Assembly (NCBI GenBank): GCA_965644265.1
Contig: OZ286476.1
Span: 22,444,001-22,508,000 of the forward strand
Length of the DNA stretch: 64,000 bases
Reading direction: 5' to 3'
Origin: Glycera tridactyla
Lineage: Eukaryota
Part shown: positions 23,359 to 36,844 of the stretch, piece by piece
Position numbering within the stretch: position 1 is the first letter of the stretch
How the letters are laid out: every line of letters starts with the position of its first letter
Made by a program: the position numbers and the translations under genes
Notes under the pieces: generated by a model
What the model saw: only the letters and a program-made list of their open reading frames with translations
Databases searched by the model: none
Told to the model about the DNA's origin: nothing

Positions 23359-23485
23359 GCCTGCCTTGGTGGCTCAGTGGTAGCATACTGGGCCAGCGTG
23401 CAATGGGTCTGTGGATCAATCCCTGGTCCTATCATGCAGGAACGCTTCACCCTTCATCTTCGCTCCTCCTCGGCAGGTCGTCTGG
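23359..23485 (+). mobile_element. tRNA-derived SINE, 3' part deleted (paralog of 33401-33587)
   Basis: A-box TGGCTCAGTGG, degenerate B-box GGATCAATCCC. Left TSD TCAAAAAGAGG (23348-23358), partial right AAAGAGG. Confidence 0.75.
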
Positions 23486-23579
23486 AAAGAGGTATTCTCC
23501 ATCTAGGCAATATAAACAAAATGTGGCCTAGCTCATTCAAACCAACCGCGACTGGATGGCTATAAAGGTCGGGCACTGC

Positions 23580-25670
23580 AGAGGATTACATTATTTGTAG
23601 TGCAATCAATCTACGGCTGACGTTGAATATGTACCTCGAGAGCATCTGGAATGTTAGCTGTCATCTAGATAAGTTGGATAGTGTCCCCATGACTGACATT
23701 ACCTTCAGTAATACCAAGTTAGCAATGCTGCCACCCCGATTTCAGTCACTGGACCCAATCAATGCATCATGTCCAAGTACAGTGTTTTTGCCAGTCAATA
23801 AACCTCTGTAATCCCCTTCTTTCAAAACGCACTGCAATGCTACTGTACATATCGACACAACAGAAAAGTCAGTCTTGAGTTTTGTGGTTAGCATATCATT
23901 TATCTCCACTGAACATGCCCACAGCCTAGAGGCATTTATAGAGACAAATGGATATTCATCAGCTCCCCCTGCCTGCTGATGTGTTCCATGATTTCCCATT
24001 CACTCCCAATGAAGAATTAGCAATGCTCAGTTTCTGCTCAAGAGCAATCCCATTAATTTCTATCTCTTCTGAGTTCCTGTCAATTGACATTATTGGACAG
24101 TACTAGTATATGTTGTGTTTCATTCATATACCAATATTAACCTGTGGTGGAAAACTCAGGTTCTCATTTTTAAAGTGAAACCTGACAGTTCTTGCATCAA
24201 GTATCATTAGAGTATGTGTCATCAATTTCTTTGGGAATCAGTGGCGCACCAATTATGCCTCAAAGTAAATGAGTCAAACATCAAGGATATGAAAGAGGGG
24301 AAAATCATCTACAAGAAATAGGCATTCAAACATCATTGTGCCTGATGCCTATGATCTGCACCTATCCGAATGACATAGCCAGTGAAACACATAGCTGGTA
24401 TTTCCCAACTCGGGTGTGCTGGACAGAGCTGTTCTCAGCTAACTGCACACTTGTACCTATTCACTGTATCACGAGTTTGATTAAAGTTTATCGTATCGTA
24501 TCGTATTGGTAGAGTTGATAGAATGGACAAGGCTGGTGAGCATAATTATTTGTGACACCAAATATACTTCTTTAATTGACTGCAACATACATGATTCCTG
24601 AATCATCACTGAAGTGCGTATCCCACACTTGTAGATTTGATGAGGAAGATGCTGGCATGAAGGAGAATCTACAGGAGATGATGATGGATGTAGGGCGTAC
24701 TTGCAGTACCTGGATGCAGGATGACGACCTTTTGTGAGGAGATAATATCATCAGCGGATGGTGATAATGCATCACACAGTGATGATGACAGTCGGAGCAA
24801 CCCATCTTCTGATGTTGTGGAGGATATGCTATTTTCTGACAGATGCCATTAGTCTTTGAAGTCTTGATTGCCCTGAGGGTGCTTAGATACCATCTGATTG
24901 ATGATGCCGCAGAGTGATCCCTGGGTTTAGGGATGTGAAGCTCCCATGGAGGCATGGTATATCAGCTCCTGAACACAATAGAGACTTTGTAGAATAGGAA
25001 CTTGTCTCCAAGGCAGGTCGTACTGAAAGTTGTTTCAGAACACAGAAAGTGCACATCAGACGTTATCTGAAAACTACGGGCAAGGAAAATGCATCAATAT
25101 CATAGGTATCATAAGTTGTCTGATGCATACATTCGTGAGCTGAACTTCATCATTTTGATGCGATGCCTGATTTCAGTTTGTGTGATGTGTGTACTGGTCA
25201 ATCAACTGCAATTCAATATTCAATCATTCTGAATCATCTTGTCTTACGCACAACTGTTGCAACTTCAAATGAGAGGCAAATTTTTTGATGCACAATTTTC
25301 ATCTCCTACATCTGAGAAATATCCTCGTTGGATGTAAACACTGATGGCCAAAACGACAGACACTTAGTGTTGCATTTATTCCTAAGGCGAGGGGGATTTG
25401 TTGGCAGGTTCATGGTGCAAAAAGGGCCCGGGTTGAAGGTTGGAGGCTATTGTGATGTATGTGTATCGCCCAAAAGGCTATCAGTGCTGACCTTAGCGAT
25501 CCCCATTCATTGTACCAGATTGACCCTGATAATGCTCATCAGTAAAAACCCTCACTCAGACCAGAACAAGCTATTCCACACACACTGGAACATAACTCTT
25601 TGTGATGACAATTTATGGAAAAGGTGGAACGAGTCATCCTCTGATCTCAGACGTGATAAGAATTAGTTTC
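23580..25670 (+). pseudogene. TLR-like pseudogene (LRRNT-LRR-LRRCT-TM-TIR remnants)
   Basis: YIICSAINL / YVPRE (LRRNT-like), LPADVFHD (23969-23992), NLTVL, FFGNQW. TM-like LISVCVMCVLV. TIR-like RWM*TLM..CCIYS*GEGDLLAG and SPKRLSVLT...HTHW...NLWKRW (ORF 25328-25666). Confidence 0.55.
24350..24506 (+). mobile_element. Short retroelement 3' end
   Basis: ATTAAAG followed by an (ATCGT)n tail. Not present at the paralogous position in copy B. Confidence 0.4.
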
Positions 25671-25810
25671 CTAAGCATACATGTGCCTGCTTGAGCTTCA
25701 GACTATACTACAAATGTGAAACTGTTTCATGCAACTGATAGTGAAGTATGTAAGTGAAACACAAACTAACGAAGAATGTTGATGATTATGTTGACAACGA
25801 TGAGGTCAAC

Positions 25811-25821
25811 GACGATGATGG

Positions 25822-25865
<44 letters not shown>

Positions 25866-25872
25866 GTGGTGG
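25811..25872. repeat. (GAT)n microsatellite
   Basis: Trinucleotide run. Paralog at ~35905-35952. Confidence 0.9.
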
Positions 25873-25999
25873 TGGCAAAGGGCCATCAACAAACTCTCAC
25901 TCAGGCAACTGCAGGCAATACCACGACCACATAGCCTTACTGGGCCAATAGATTGACTACACCTGTCTTCAAACACTATATGACGGGGGGGAGGGTGAT

Positions 26000-27460
26000 A
26001 TGATATGTGATAAGGACAAACTTTCCGAGCAACTATCCCATGTGTGATTTTCGCATCATGTTTCTATGGTGATATTGCGACATGCAAGTACACCCCTCTT
26101 TTTTCCGATTGTGATCCTCCCATCATGGTGATATCGTGATATGCAGGCCACTAGCTCACCCCTATATTATTAGTCATGTTTGCCTTGCATCGAAAATTGC
26201 ACATATATGAATTCATATATAATATTCCACAGTAATCGTCGTCTTCATCTGTATTTTGGTGCAACTGTAAGTCATATTCTCCTTCAGAGACACATGTTCA
26301 TATATGTACAACAGTTGCATGATGCGTTACAATGAAGCAATTCATCTGAAGAGAATCTAAGCTACAGTGTAACATGTCTTGGCATTCTATCTCTTCAATA
26401 TCTCATTGAAAGTTTGTTGACATGCTCCATTGGCATGGCAACAACAAAGATAGGTGATGGTGGTCGTTTGTGCAAGATGATTATACCTGTCTTTTTGATA
26501 AAAATAATGATTTATATATATATATATTTCGTATTACTTTTATATCGATTCATTTCACTCACGCCAGGGATATGGGCTAGGCCCCCACTATGCGAGTTTG
26601 TTCTGAATAAATAGACATTACAAAGGCACATAGCGTTTCCTCTATATGTATTGGATCAAATGTGCGTCTCCTTTCACAGATAAAGTCTGGTCATCTTTAT
26701 ACTTGTGTATGTTTGGCCATACCCTACTTGATATCAGTGGTCGAGCATGTGGATCATGCAAGGGGAATATGCTAAATATAGTATTGTGGACAGCGAATCC
26801 AAGGTTTGAAGTATCTGGAGGAGGAATCGGTTGCTTTGCTGAGGGAACTTTGTGACTCGGTTGAATGCAGAATGCAGTCGCCAGTCTCCAATTGAATTGC
26901 ATATTTGATTTCCCTATTGGGATGAAAAGACAACTTATGATGTTGGCTCTGATTGAATCAGAATCTGCATATTCATGGCAGCTGGAGGTCTTTCCAGAGA
27001 TGGTATGTGAAAAAATATCACCTGATCATAGAGATGCGTTGCCTCATGAGTGTGCATTGTGAATTTGTGTGATTCCACCCTCATCTGAATTTGTGAAGCT
27101 GTGTTCTTACATGAGTTGCATTTGAAAACAGACACTTAAGCCATTACAAACGAAGTCTTAGGCACCTGAAGGTTATTTCTATTTCTGAGGTTATTTCTAT
27201 TATCATCGAGAATGACCTACTCTTTTTTCTGATCGGTTATAAGCAAAACGAGTGAAGGTGGGGTGGAGCTCAAACCTAGATGGAGTTAAACTAGTATCGT
27301 TTCCAATACGCCTGAAATCGAGCTTGAAGGTCCAGAGATATGTTGTAATGTCAATATGAAGTGTGAAATTGTCATTAACTGATATTCAACCATTTTCATT
27401 CAATTGTCTGACAAGCAGCAGCTAGATAACCAGTGATGTTTGGCCCTGCCGAGAGTTGTC
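26000..27460 (+). pseudogene. TLR-like pseudogene remnant spanning the duplication junction
   Basis: VSHILLQRHMF and TCLGILSLQY (LRR-like), then the paralog of 4480-5790 including AECSR and RYVVMS...DVWP (TIR-like). Confidence 0.5.
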
Positions 27461-29769
27461 CTTGTAATGTGGGGTGTACCGAAGCGCGTTATGAATTCCC
27501 AGATTCAGTGGTGGCTTGAGGGAAAATGTTCAGTAGTGCGTAAGCCCAGGGTGTTTATTGGCGGATGACGAATGAGTTTCCTAGTAATATGAATTGGAAC
27601 ATCATGAGCATAGGGAGAAAAAACTTGAGAGAAATCAGTGGGAAACATCAAATCAATATTGCCAAGATCAGACATTCAAGCTACCAGTGTGAACAATTAT
27701 CAGTCGATCCAATAGGGCATCACTCTATGACATTTAACGATCACTGGATGAGTTGCAGATGAACACATTGGCATTCCCAGTTGGCACAACAAGTCGTGAC
27801 ATTTCACACAATTAATTTCTTTTTGGAAGTTTATTTGCATTCAAACAAGATCAAAAACGGAAACCATACTTATCAAATTTCTCATCGTCATAATGAACTT
27901 TTCCTAGGAAAGTTGATCCTTGGTAGAGAATTCCTGATTACATAAAACCTTTCTCAAAAACTCATCGAAAAGAGAAGTTGAATTGGTTTGGTCACATGTT
28001 GCATTTACGTGACTACACGAGAGGAACAAGTCACAATCCCAATAGTGAATTTTTTCAGGGTTGTTATTCACTCTTCACCGTATGCCATTATCAAACTCGT
28101 GAAACGAGTGAAACTTGTACACTCTCCAGTTAGGTTACCATAACAAACATATATTTGTCAGGTGATAATCATTTTCTTTTCTATATCGTTATAGGTGAGT
28201 GACGTTTTCATATCCAATTGAATTAATTCGTGAGTATGAATTTGATTCGAAATGTCTCTTGAGATTTTAAAATTATGGTCATTATTTATGTAGTTCTCAT
28301 GGTATTGCAAGTGGCTTGCATATCTACCTCCTCTTTGAGTGCTCATAATGAATTTCCATGCATGTGAGACCACACAGGTTGGTAGGTCAGTTCCACTTTT
28401 AGTGAAAGCCCAAATTTTCAGAGACCCCTTGAGAGAAAATGTATTCAGAATCCCAATACCGAAATCACATGGAGCAGAACTTATAATTGCACTGTGGAAA
28501 TCCATCCCACATGAATGATGCACATGGCGTCATAACCAACAACATTAAGGATTGGTTTTATTCCGTCGGTTGACTGTTTTGACTGATCTCAGTCCAGTAC
28601 CCAAACTTATGGGAGACAGGTCTAATCTTGTCAAGGTGCAACCCTCTGCCTGTGATTGTATTCTGGACCTCCGCTTGTGCCTGCATGCCTGTGTTTGCTC
28701 AGGAGGGGGCTCGATGTAGCTATTTTCTGTGGTCACCTATTATAGCACCACTGGTAACCTAGGACCTTTTTTTCACATCCAAGATAGGCGGTCACACCAA
28801 CACCCAGCCCTGGTGGTGTGTAGCCCATGCCTCTTGCCATGTTTTGAGCTGAACAAATGAGGGTGAGACCATTTGTGCAGTCTGTGACTATCAGTATGGT
28901 GTATATTTCCCTGCACTGGTACTCACTGCATCCTCACACCCCAGCCGTGGTCATCCATCTCGTGACTAGCTGCAGCCACATCTGTTCTTTTTTTGGGTCA
29001 AGTGTGAAGACACAAACACTACACGACGCAGCTTCCCTACGACCATCCTTGTCTAACAATGGTGGGTTGCGTTGATCACTAAGGCACTACATAGTGTAGT
29101 GTTCATGGATATGTTTACTTTACTGGTGATATCATATCTGTCATCCACTCATATATGGATTGTAACGGTGGCAACAATGAACGTTGTCATTTGTATGAAA
29201 ATCCAGAAATTGAGAGATACAAAAAAAGTGGAATCCACAGTAGCTGGGATATTTTGCCATGCACCTGTGTATTTGGAGAACGGGAAATAGTACTCGAACT
29301 TAATCTCAATTAAATGAAAAGTAGGTACTCAAATTGTTGCTGAAATCAAAAGTAGGTGCTCGAACTCAATCCCAATCACTGCTTGAAATGCAAATGAGGT
29401 ACTGAAACCCAATCTCAATTGCTTTTTCAAATATGAATAGGGACCTAAACTATCACTATTGCTGCTTGAAGTGCGGAGTAAATACTCGAACCAAATCTTG
29501 ATAACTGCTCAAAATGCAAAGTAGGTGCACCAAAACAAGTTGAGTTTTATCTCAAAAGGAAGCTAGACACTCAAACTCAAGTTCAATCGCTGTTCGAAAT
29601 AAATAGTGAGCAGAAAATACTTCAGGAGACAGATATGGCGAACTGATGGCTCATGGGCAACTCTAGAACATGATAACTAAAAACCACTCACTTTTCGCGA
29701 TCAATCATGGTGTGTTAACAACCACTGTGATGATAAACACTGATGATTCACAAAAAGCGATGTTGCTGT

Positions 29770-31828
29770 TATCGAGATATATCCACATTCTCTTTATTTC
29801 CACAGACGCACCATGGTAACTGCACCCACATGGACCATAACATCAGCCAAGTGCCTATTAATGTATTAGATTGCCTCATATTTCGCCTATAACCCCATCC
29901 TACATATACCTCTGCTGCTACTACTCATACAGTTGCTTGAATAGCCGATGGTCTATACATCTATACTGCACCAAAACCCATTCTCATTATTACTATGGTC
30001 AATGCAATCAAATCACTCGAGGGGATTCCTCTTTCTTCATCATCTTATGCTTTGGATTTCTGAGAGCAATAGCTGCAGGGAACAAAACATCGAGCTTTCA
30101 TAGATCAAGAAACACATGACAAACATAATCCCATGGTATGATACATCATCATGGTTATCATACTCTTCATAATCTTATTCCTCTACTTCTTGGACTTTTT
30201 TTATCCTTTTACAAACATCATCATTATTGCCGTGAATTTTGCCACTGCCATCATTGTCGTCATCATAGTTGTAATTATCATAATTGCTCTCCTTCTTCTC
30301 GGGTCTGTGACTATATCTGGAACATGTCATCAATGGTTTTGTTAGGCATGTTTGTCGTAGCATAAGACGTAGCTGAATGTGGGAGAATGCTCATGAGCGC
30401 TGGCAGTGATGATCAGGAGTGTGGCCTCCTGAGGTATTGCTAATAGTCTACTGGTGTCTAAATATATATTATGGCTCACTCACACCTCAGCCCTTGCTCA
30501 TCTGCACACCATAAACTTTATGAACAACCGACTGAGAGGCAAGGCAATAACGATCTGTGATATCCTGCTGTCGCACCCTGCGCCCTCTCCTCCTCCCATC
30601 GCNNNNNNNNNNNNNNNNNNNNNNNNNNNNNNNNNNNNNNNNNNNNNNNNNNNNNNNNNNNNNNNNNNNNNNNNNNNNNNNNNNNNNNNNNNNNNNNNNN
30701 NNNNNNNNNNNNNNNNNNNNNNNNNNNNNNNNNNNNNNNNNNNNNNNNNNNNNNNNNNNNNNNNNNNNNNNNNNNNNNNNNNNNNNNNNNNNNNNNNNNN
30801 NNNNNNNNNNNNNNNNNNNNNNNNNNNNNNNNNNNNNNNNNNNNNNNNNNNNNNNNNNNNNNNNNNNNNNNNNNNNNNNNNNNNNNNNNNNNNNNNNNNN
30901 NNNNNNNNNNNNNNNNNNNNNNNNNNNNNNNNNNNNNNNNNNNNNNNNNNNNNNNNNNNNNNNNNNNNNNNNNNNNNNNNNNNNNNNNNNNNNNNNNNNN
31001 NNNNNNNNNNNNNNNNNNNNNNNNNNNNNNNNNNNNNNNNNNNNNCCTTCTCACTTTTGTACATGTTTTTATGAACATCATGGATATATGTATCGACAAC
31101 CGTTGGAAGGGAAGGAATTGCTACAATTTGAGCAGCAAAACACAACCATCTAGAACTAAGCATTTTGGATGTGTTTGCAGCATTGCTGCTTCAACGACCC
31201 GTCAATCTTGCTTATATTGCACTATTCGAGCCAAGATTTTGATAGGGCTCTGGCATGTCAACTAATATGGATCCCGAACATGCCATCTTATGTGGCACTG
31301 GGTCATCTACTACAGCATATGAATTTGATAATATCTGTAGAATCATAGTTGAACCCGTATCCCATGGATCAGGTTTTTCTACAGTGCCCATGAGACAAGT
31401 ATGTGACAGATCTACAGTGCCCATGAGACAAGTATGTGACAGAAAGATAGGAAAGATGAGCGGGAAATGTACACAGTATTCAAGTGTTTCGAGTATTCCA
31501 GCAGCCTACATGGTACACCGACATAGTAGCCACTTTTGTAGAGACTCTCCATTTATGATTATGCGTTCTCTTCCATCTTCTAAATTGCTGAGAAAGATAT
31601 AGCCGGAGTTTATATAAAGATGGAATAGAGGGTATTGGGCCATCTGTGCTTGTGATCTAGTTGTTTGGGTTCTTTCCCTCCAGTTATCACAAAAGGCAGT
31701 CAACTAAAATACATGTCCACTCCGACTCTAATCTGGTACTCACTTCAAGTCATCCATCACGTAAAGGAACCAATCCATTTTGGCATTACCTCCAAGCCAA
31801 ATGATTTGCATCTTGCTCACAAACAACC
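29770..31828 (+). pseudogene. LRR gene remnant (paralog of 8730-10540)
   Basis: AYNPILHIP, ILHQNPF, CNQITRGDSSFF..FLRAIAAGNKTS (ORF 29871-30119), ICACDLVVW (31642-31668). Interrupted by an N gap. Confidence 0.55.
30603..31045. other. Assembly gap (N run)
   Basis: 443 N. Confidence 1.
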
Positions 31829-32013
31829 NNNNNNNNNNNNNNNNNNNNNNNNNNNNNNNNNNNNNNNNNNNNNNNNNNNNNNNNNNNNNNNNNNNNNNNN
31901 NNNNNNNNNNNNNNNNNNNNNNNNNNNNNNNNNNNNNNNNNNNNNNNNNNNNNNNNNNNNNNNNNNNNNNNNNNNNNNNNNNNNNNNNNNNNNNNNNNNN
32001 NNNNNNNNNNNNN
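31829..32013. other. Assembly gap (N run)
   Basis: 185 N. Confidence 1.
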
Positions 32014-33360
32014 ATAATTGTGTCAAAGATGGACCTGAATCCTATCCTCCAATACAAAGTGCTCATCGCCAGTGCATGGTTGAAATGGCTCATCCAACTA
32101 TGATGACATAAAGACAAGAAGCTGACCTCTAAATGTTGATGGGTCTGTTACTCTGCCCCGAATCCAACATCCTCCTAACTTCAATTAAGCTCCATTCCAA
32201 CCTGAAGTGTGATAGCTTGAAATACCATTTAGATTGGATGTGTAATTGCAAAGTATTTTTCACCTCGCCTGAAGAACCTCTGAATCAGATGTACCAACGC
32301 CAGCATCTCATGCTTCATCTGATTCTGGAATGTTTGGTCATTTTTATAGCAGTGTATCTACAACACATGTATAGATAATCGCAATATTGCCACTGTTTTG
32401 CAGATGGTAAGGTTGATAGACAATATTCATGAAATCAGACCTCTTTCATACTTTCATGACGATACCAAATCATCCAACTTTATGGAACGGAATGGCGCCA
32501 ATCATACCCATCTTACTTATGGTAAATCCATTCACACACTGATATGGCTTTTACCACTGCCAAACAAATGCACTGAACAAAGCATCACCCAGAAAATCTC
32601 TACATTGAGAGATGGCGATATGCTATTCATTGGACAATTCCGAATAAGGCTGATGCTATTGTCTTCGTGATTATGATGGAAATATGCTAAACGATGAATT
32701 TCATGTTCTCTTTTGTGATCTGCAGGCTCTTTCCTACTACATTCTTTGGTGAAATTACCCCGGGCTACGTTGGGGTTGATTTATTAGATACAACATAATG
32801 TTATTCAATCTTGATGGATGGAATGCAGGCTTCATGATTCTCCGTTCCCGAACTGGTATATATATATGATACCTCGCATAACTTTGTTATTGCTTATCAT
32901 GACATTTCTCATTTTCTGATCAGAGGAAAAGGGGCCCTTGGGAACCTGATACAGAAAACGAATGAATATTGCAAACTTTCTCCAAATAATCTTTTCCTTC
33001 GATTTCCCTGAGGGGTTGTAGACAAGTTTGAGATGTCAGGTCTAATTAAAACTATGCAGTTGCTTATCTGGAATCTGGAAAAATCAAGTGTTGGTCTATT
33101 ACTCATATTTCTACATCAGAGAATGCTTTGACAGCCGCTACCAGTGTCTTCATGACCTGTACTGCTATTATCAATTAAAACTCTTCAAAATGTGCCACAG
33201 GGCTACATTATCCTGGAACGAAGAGATACCTAGAGCAGTTGAGCTGTCCGCTAGGGAACATGATGCACATCTTGGAAGAATATTGCAAACTTAATTCTCA
33301 CATTTGATTTCCCGAATGGGTTGTAGACAAGTTTGAAATGTCAGGTCTGATTAAATAAAA
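32014..33360 (+). pseudogene. LRR gene remnant (uninterrupted paralog of 10630-11215 + 13846-14169 + 22795-23300)
   Basis: DWMCNC, RLIDNIHEI, IHTLIWLLPLPN, STLRDGDMLFIGQFRIRLMLLS, IQHNVIQS and LSPNNL..FP.GVVDKF, all LRR-like. Confidence 0.5.
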
Positions 33361-33400
33361 TATCTAATTGTATCACCAGGCCAGTCCTCTATAAAAGAGG

Positions 33401-33587
33401 GTATGCCTTGGTGGCTCAGTGGTAGCGTGCTGGGCCAGCATGCAATGGGTCTGTGGATCAATCCCCGGTCCTACCGTGCAGGAACGCTTCACCCTTCATC
33501 TTCGCTCCTCCTTGGCAGGTGGTCTGATTTAGCCTACTCAAGTGCAGAAAGTGGACCTAAAACCTCAACATTCCCATTTCCATTTTC
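33401..33587 (+). mobile_element. Full-length tRNA-derived SINE (~187 bp)
   Basis: A-box TGGCTCAGTGG (33412-33422), B-box-like GGATCAATCCC (33455-33465), (CATTTC)n tail, TSD AAAAGAGG on both sides. Confidence 0.8.
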
Positions 33588-33679
33588 TCAAAAAGAGGTT
33601 TTCACCATCTAGGCAATAAAAACAAGATGTGGCCTGGCTCATTCAAACCAACTGCGACTGGAAGGCCATGAAGGTGAAG

Positions 33680-35760
33680 CAGCGCAGAGGATTACATTAT
33701 TTGTAATGCAATCAATCAACAGCTGACGTCGAACATGTACCTCGAGAGCATCTGCAATGTTAGCTGTCATCTTGATAAGTTGGATAATGTCCTCATGACT
33801 GAGATTACCTCAACTATACCATATTAGCAATGCTGCCACCCCAATTTCAGTCACTGGACCCAATCGATGCATCATGTCCAAGTACACTGTTTTTACCAAT
33901 CAATTAACCTTTTTTATTCTCCTTCTTTCAAAGCGCACTGCAATGCCACTATACATATCGACACAACAGAGGAGTCAGTCTTGCGGTTCGTGGTCAGCAT
34001 ATCATTTATTTCTGCTGAACATGCCTCAGAGCCTGCAGGCATGTATAGAGACAGATGAATCTTCAACAGCTCCCCCTGCCTGCTGATGTGTTCCATGATT
34101 TCCCATTCACTCCCAATGAAGAACTATCAATGCCCAGTTTCTACTTAAGAGCAATCCCATCAATTTCTATCTCATCTGATTTCCTGTCAATTGACATTAG
34201 TGGACACTACTAGTATATGTTGTGTTTCTCTCATATACGAGTATTAATCTATGGTGGAAAACTAGGGTTCTCATTTCGAAAGTGAGACCTGACAGGAAAT
34301 CTTGCATCGTGTATCAGAAGAATATGTGTCAATAAATTTCTATGTATATAAGTGGCGCACCAATTATGCCTCCAGAATAAATGAGTCAAACATCATGGGA
34401 ATGAAAGAGGAAAAATCTTTCAAAAGGAATAGGCATTCAAACTTCACTGTATTACGGTTTTTTGAATTTATGAATGTAGAGTGTACTTGTAGCACCTGGA
34501 TGCAGGATGACGATCTTTTGTTAGGAGATAATATCATCATGCTATTTCTTTACAGATGCCATTAGTCTTTGAAGTCTTGATTGCCTTGAGGGTGCTCAGA
34601 TACAAACTGATTGATGATGCCTCAGAGTGATCTGTAAAGCTTGCATGAAGCCATGGTATGGCAGCCGCTGGGCACAATGAAGACCTCGCAGAATAGGAAC
34701 GTGTCTCCAATGCAGTTCGTATTGGAAGTTATTTCACATGCTAATCCAGGTCATTACCTGGTCATATCCTGCACTCGTGCATCTGGTGGATAACACATAT
34801 GACCGGATATGTGGCAGTGATTGCACAGGTCCCGATCTACATAAATGTTACCCAGTGATACACATCATGTTGGGTGGCTACCTACCTCAACATGAGCCAA
34901 TCAGCACCTGGGACTTGGGTATCTCTACAAATCCATGCTAGCACAATAGGGGGAACCACAAGATGGACACATTCAATTCAAAGAAATCAGTTCACTTTGA
35001 GATTACTACTATTCTGTTGGTAGGATGAGAGGGCCAACGACCGATGGAGGAAAATCATTGAATATTGGATTGATGTCCACGATCGAAAATACAATGAAAA
35101 CTACTATGTAGGGCAATATTCACCATATTTATTAGCCGGACGTCTCAAAACACAAAGAGTGCACACTGGATTTCATGTAGGAAAACACAAGCAAGGAAAA
35201 TGCATCATTAGCATAGGTAGGGAAAGCTGCATACATTCGTGAAGCTGGATATCATTATGTTGATACGGAGCCAGATCTTAGTTTGTGTGATGCAGTCAAT
35301 CAACTGCCATTCAATATTCGATCATTTTAAATCATCTTGTCTTACACACAACTGTTGCAACTTCAAATGAGAGGCAAACTTTCTGATGCACACTTTACAT
35401 CTCTTACATCTTGGAGATATCCTCGTTTGATGTAAACACTGATGACCAAAACAACAAACACTTAGTGGTGCATTTATTCCTAATGCGAGGGGGATTTGCC
35501 TGGCAGGTTCATGGTGCAAGAAGGGCCCGGGTTACAGGTGGGAGGCTGTTGTGATGTATGTGTATCGCCCAAAAGGCTATCAGCGCCGACCTTAGCGATC
35601 CCCATTCATTGTACCAGATTGACCCTGATAATGCTCATAAGTATAAACCCTTACTCAGACCAGAACAAGCCATTCCCGAACCACTGATACTAGACTCTTT
35701 GTGATGACAATATATGGAAAAGGGAGGAGAACTCATCTTCTGATCTTAGACGTGATAAGA
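33680..35760 (+). pseudogene. TLR-like pseudogene (paralog of 23580-25670)
   Basis: Colinear homology. NVECTCSTW (ORF 34302-34565) and SPKRLSAPT (ORF 35496-35687). Confidence 0.5.
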
Positions 35761-36215
35761 ACTAGTTTTCTAAGCATATATGTGCCTGCTTGAGCTTCAG
35801 ACCATACTACAAATGTGAAACTGTTTCATGCAACTAATAGTGAAGTATGTAAATAAAACACAAACTATCGAAAATGTTCATGATTATGATGACAACGATG
35901 AGGTCGATGACGACGATGATGAAGATGATGATGATGATGATGATGATGATGGTGAAGGCAAACGACCATCAACAGACTCTCACTCAGGCAACAGCGGTCA
36001 ATACAACGACCACATCGCCTCACTGTGCCAATAGATTGACTACACTTGTCTTTGAACACTGTATGACAGGGAGGGGGTAAATCATGGAACAAGTCACCTT
36101 CTCATATGACATGTGATAAGGACCAACTTTCCGAGGAACTATCCCCTGTGTGATTCATGCATCATGTTTCTTTGGTGATATTGCAACATGCAAATACCTC
36201 CCCCCTCTTTGTTCC

Positions 36216-36330
36216 CAGGGCATACCATGCAGGAATGTTTCACCCTTCATCTTCGCTCCTCCTTGGCAGGTGGTCCGATTTAGCCTACTCAAGTGCAGAA
36301 AGTGGACCTAAAACAACACCATTTCCATTT
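36216..36330 (+). mobile_element. 5'-truncated SINE copy inserted after the duplication
   Basis: Perfect 15-bp TSD CCCCCTCTTTGTTCC (36201-36215, 36331-36345). Body matches 33473-33587. Empty site near 26093-26106. Confidence 0.9.
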
Positions 36331-36844
36331 CCCCCTCTTTGTTCCGATTGTGTTCCTCCCATCATGGTGATAGTGTGATATGTAGGCCACTAGATCACCC
36401 CTATATTATCAGTCATGCCTGCCTTGCATTGAAAATTTGCACATATATGAATTCATATATCATATTCCACAGTGATCGTCGTCTTCATCTGTATTTTGGT
36501 GCAGCTGTAAGTCATATTCTCCTTCAGAGACACATCTTCATATATGTACAACAATTGCATGATGGGTTACAATGAAGCAAATCATCTGAAGAGCATCTAA
36601 GCTACGGTGTGATGTGTTCATCGCAAACTCTGTAAAATTTGATGGATGATTAGGTAGTTGCTGCGAATGATCACATTTACGATCCTAGGAGGCAACATGT
36701 CTTGGCATTCTTATCTATTCAATATCTTATTGAAAGTTTGTTGACATGCTCCATTGGCATGGCGACAACAAAGATACTTGATGGTGGTCGTTTGTGCTAG
36801 ATGATTATACCTGTCTTTTTGATAAAAATGATGATTTTTTTTCC

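Larger units (their letters stand above)
4470..26520. repeat. Tandem segmental duplication, copy A (about 10 kb of host sequence plus later TE insertions)
   Basis: Colinear with 26530-36840: 4470-5100~26530-27170, 6540-7600~27480-28520, 8660-9660~29700-30540, 9800-11215~31050-32640, 13846-14170~32533-32860, 22795-26500~32860-36830. Confidence 0.9.
26530..36840. repeat. Tandem segmental duplication, copy B
   Basis: Colinear with copy A. Lacks the LINE, the PLE and the foldback insertion; carries a private SINE insertion at 36216. Confidence 0.9.

Noticed and set aside
25754-25951. Poly-Asp/poly-Met/poly-His ORFs (also 10522-10740 and 35828-36092)
   Set aside because: Translations of (GAT)n microsatellites.
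33401-33480. tRNA gene
   Set aside because: It has A/B boxes but no acceptor stem, and continues into a SINE body with a tail and TSD.
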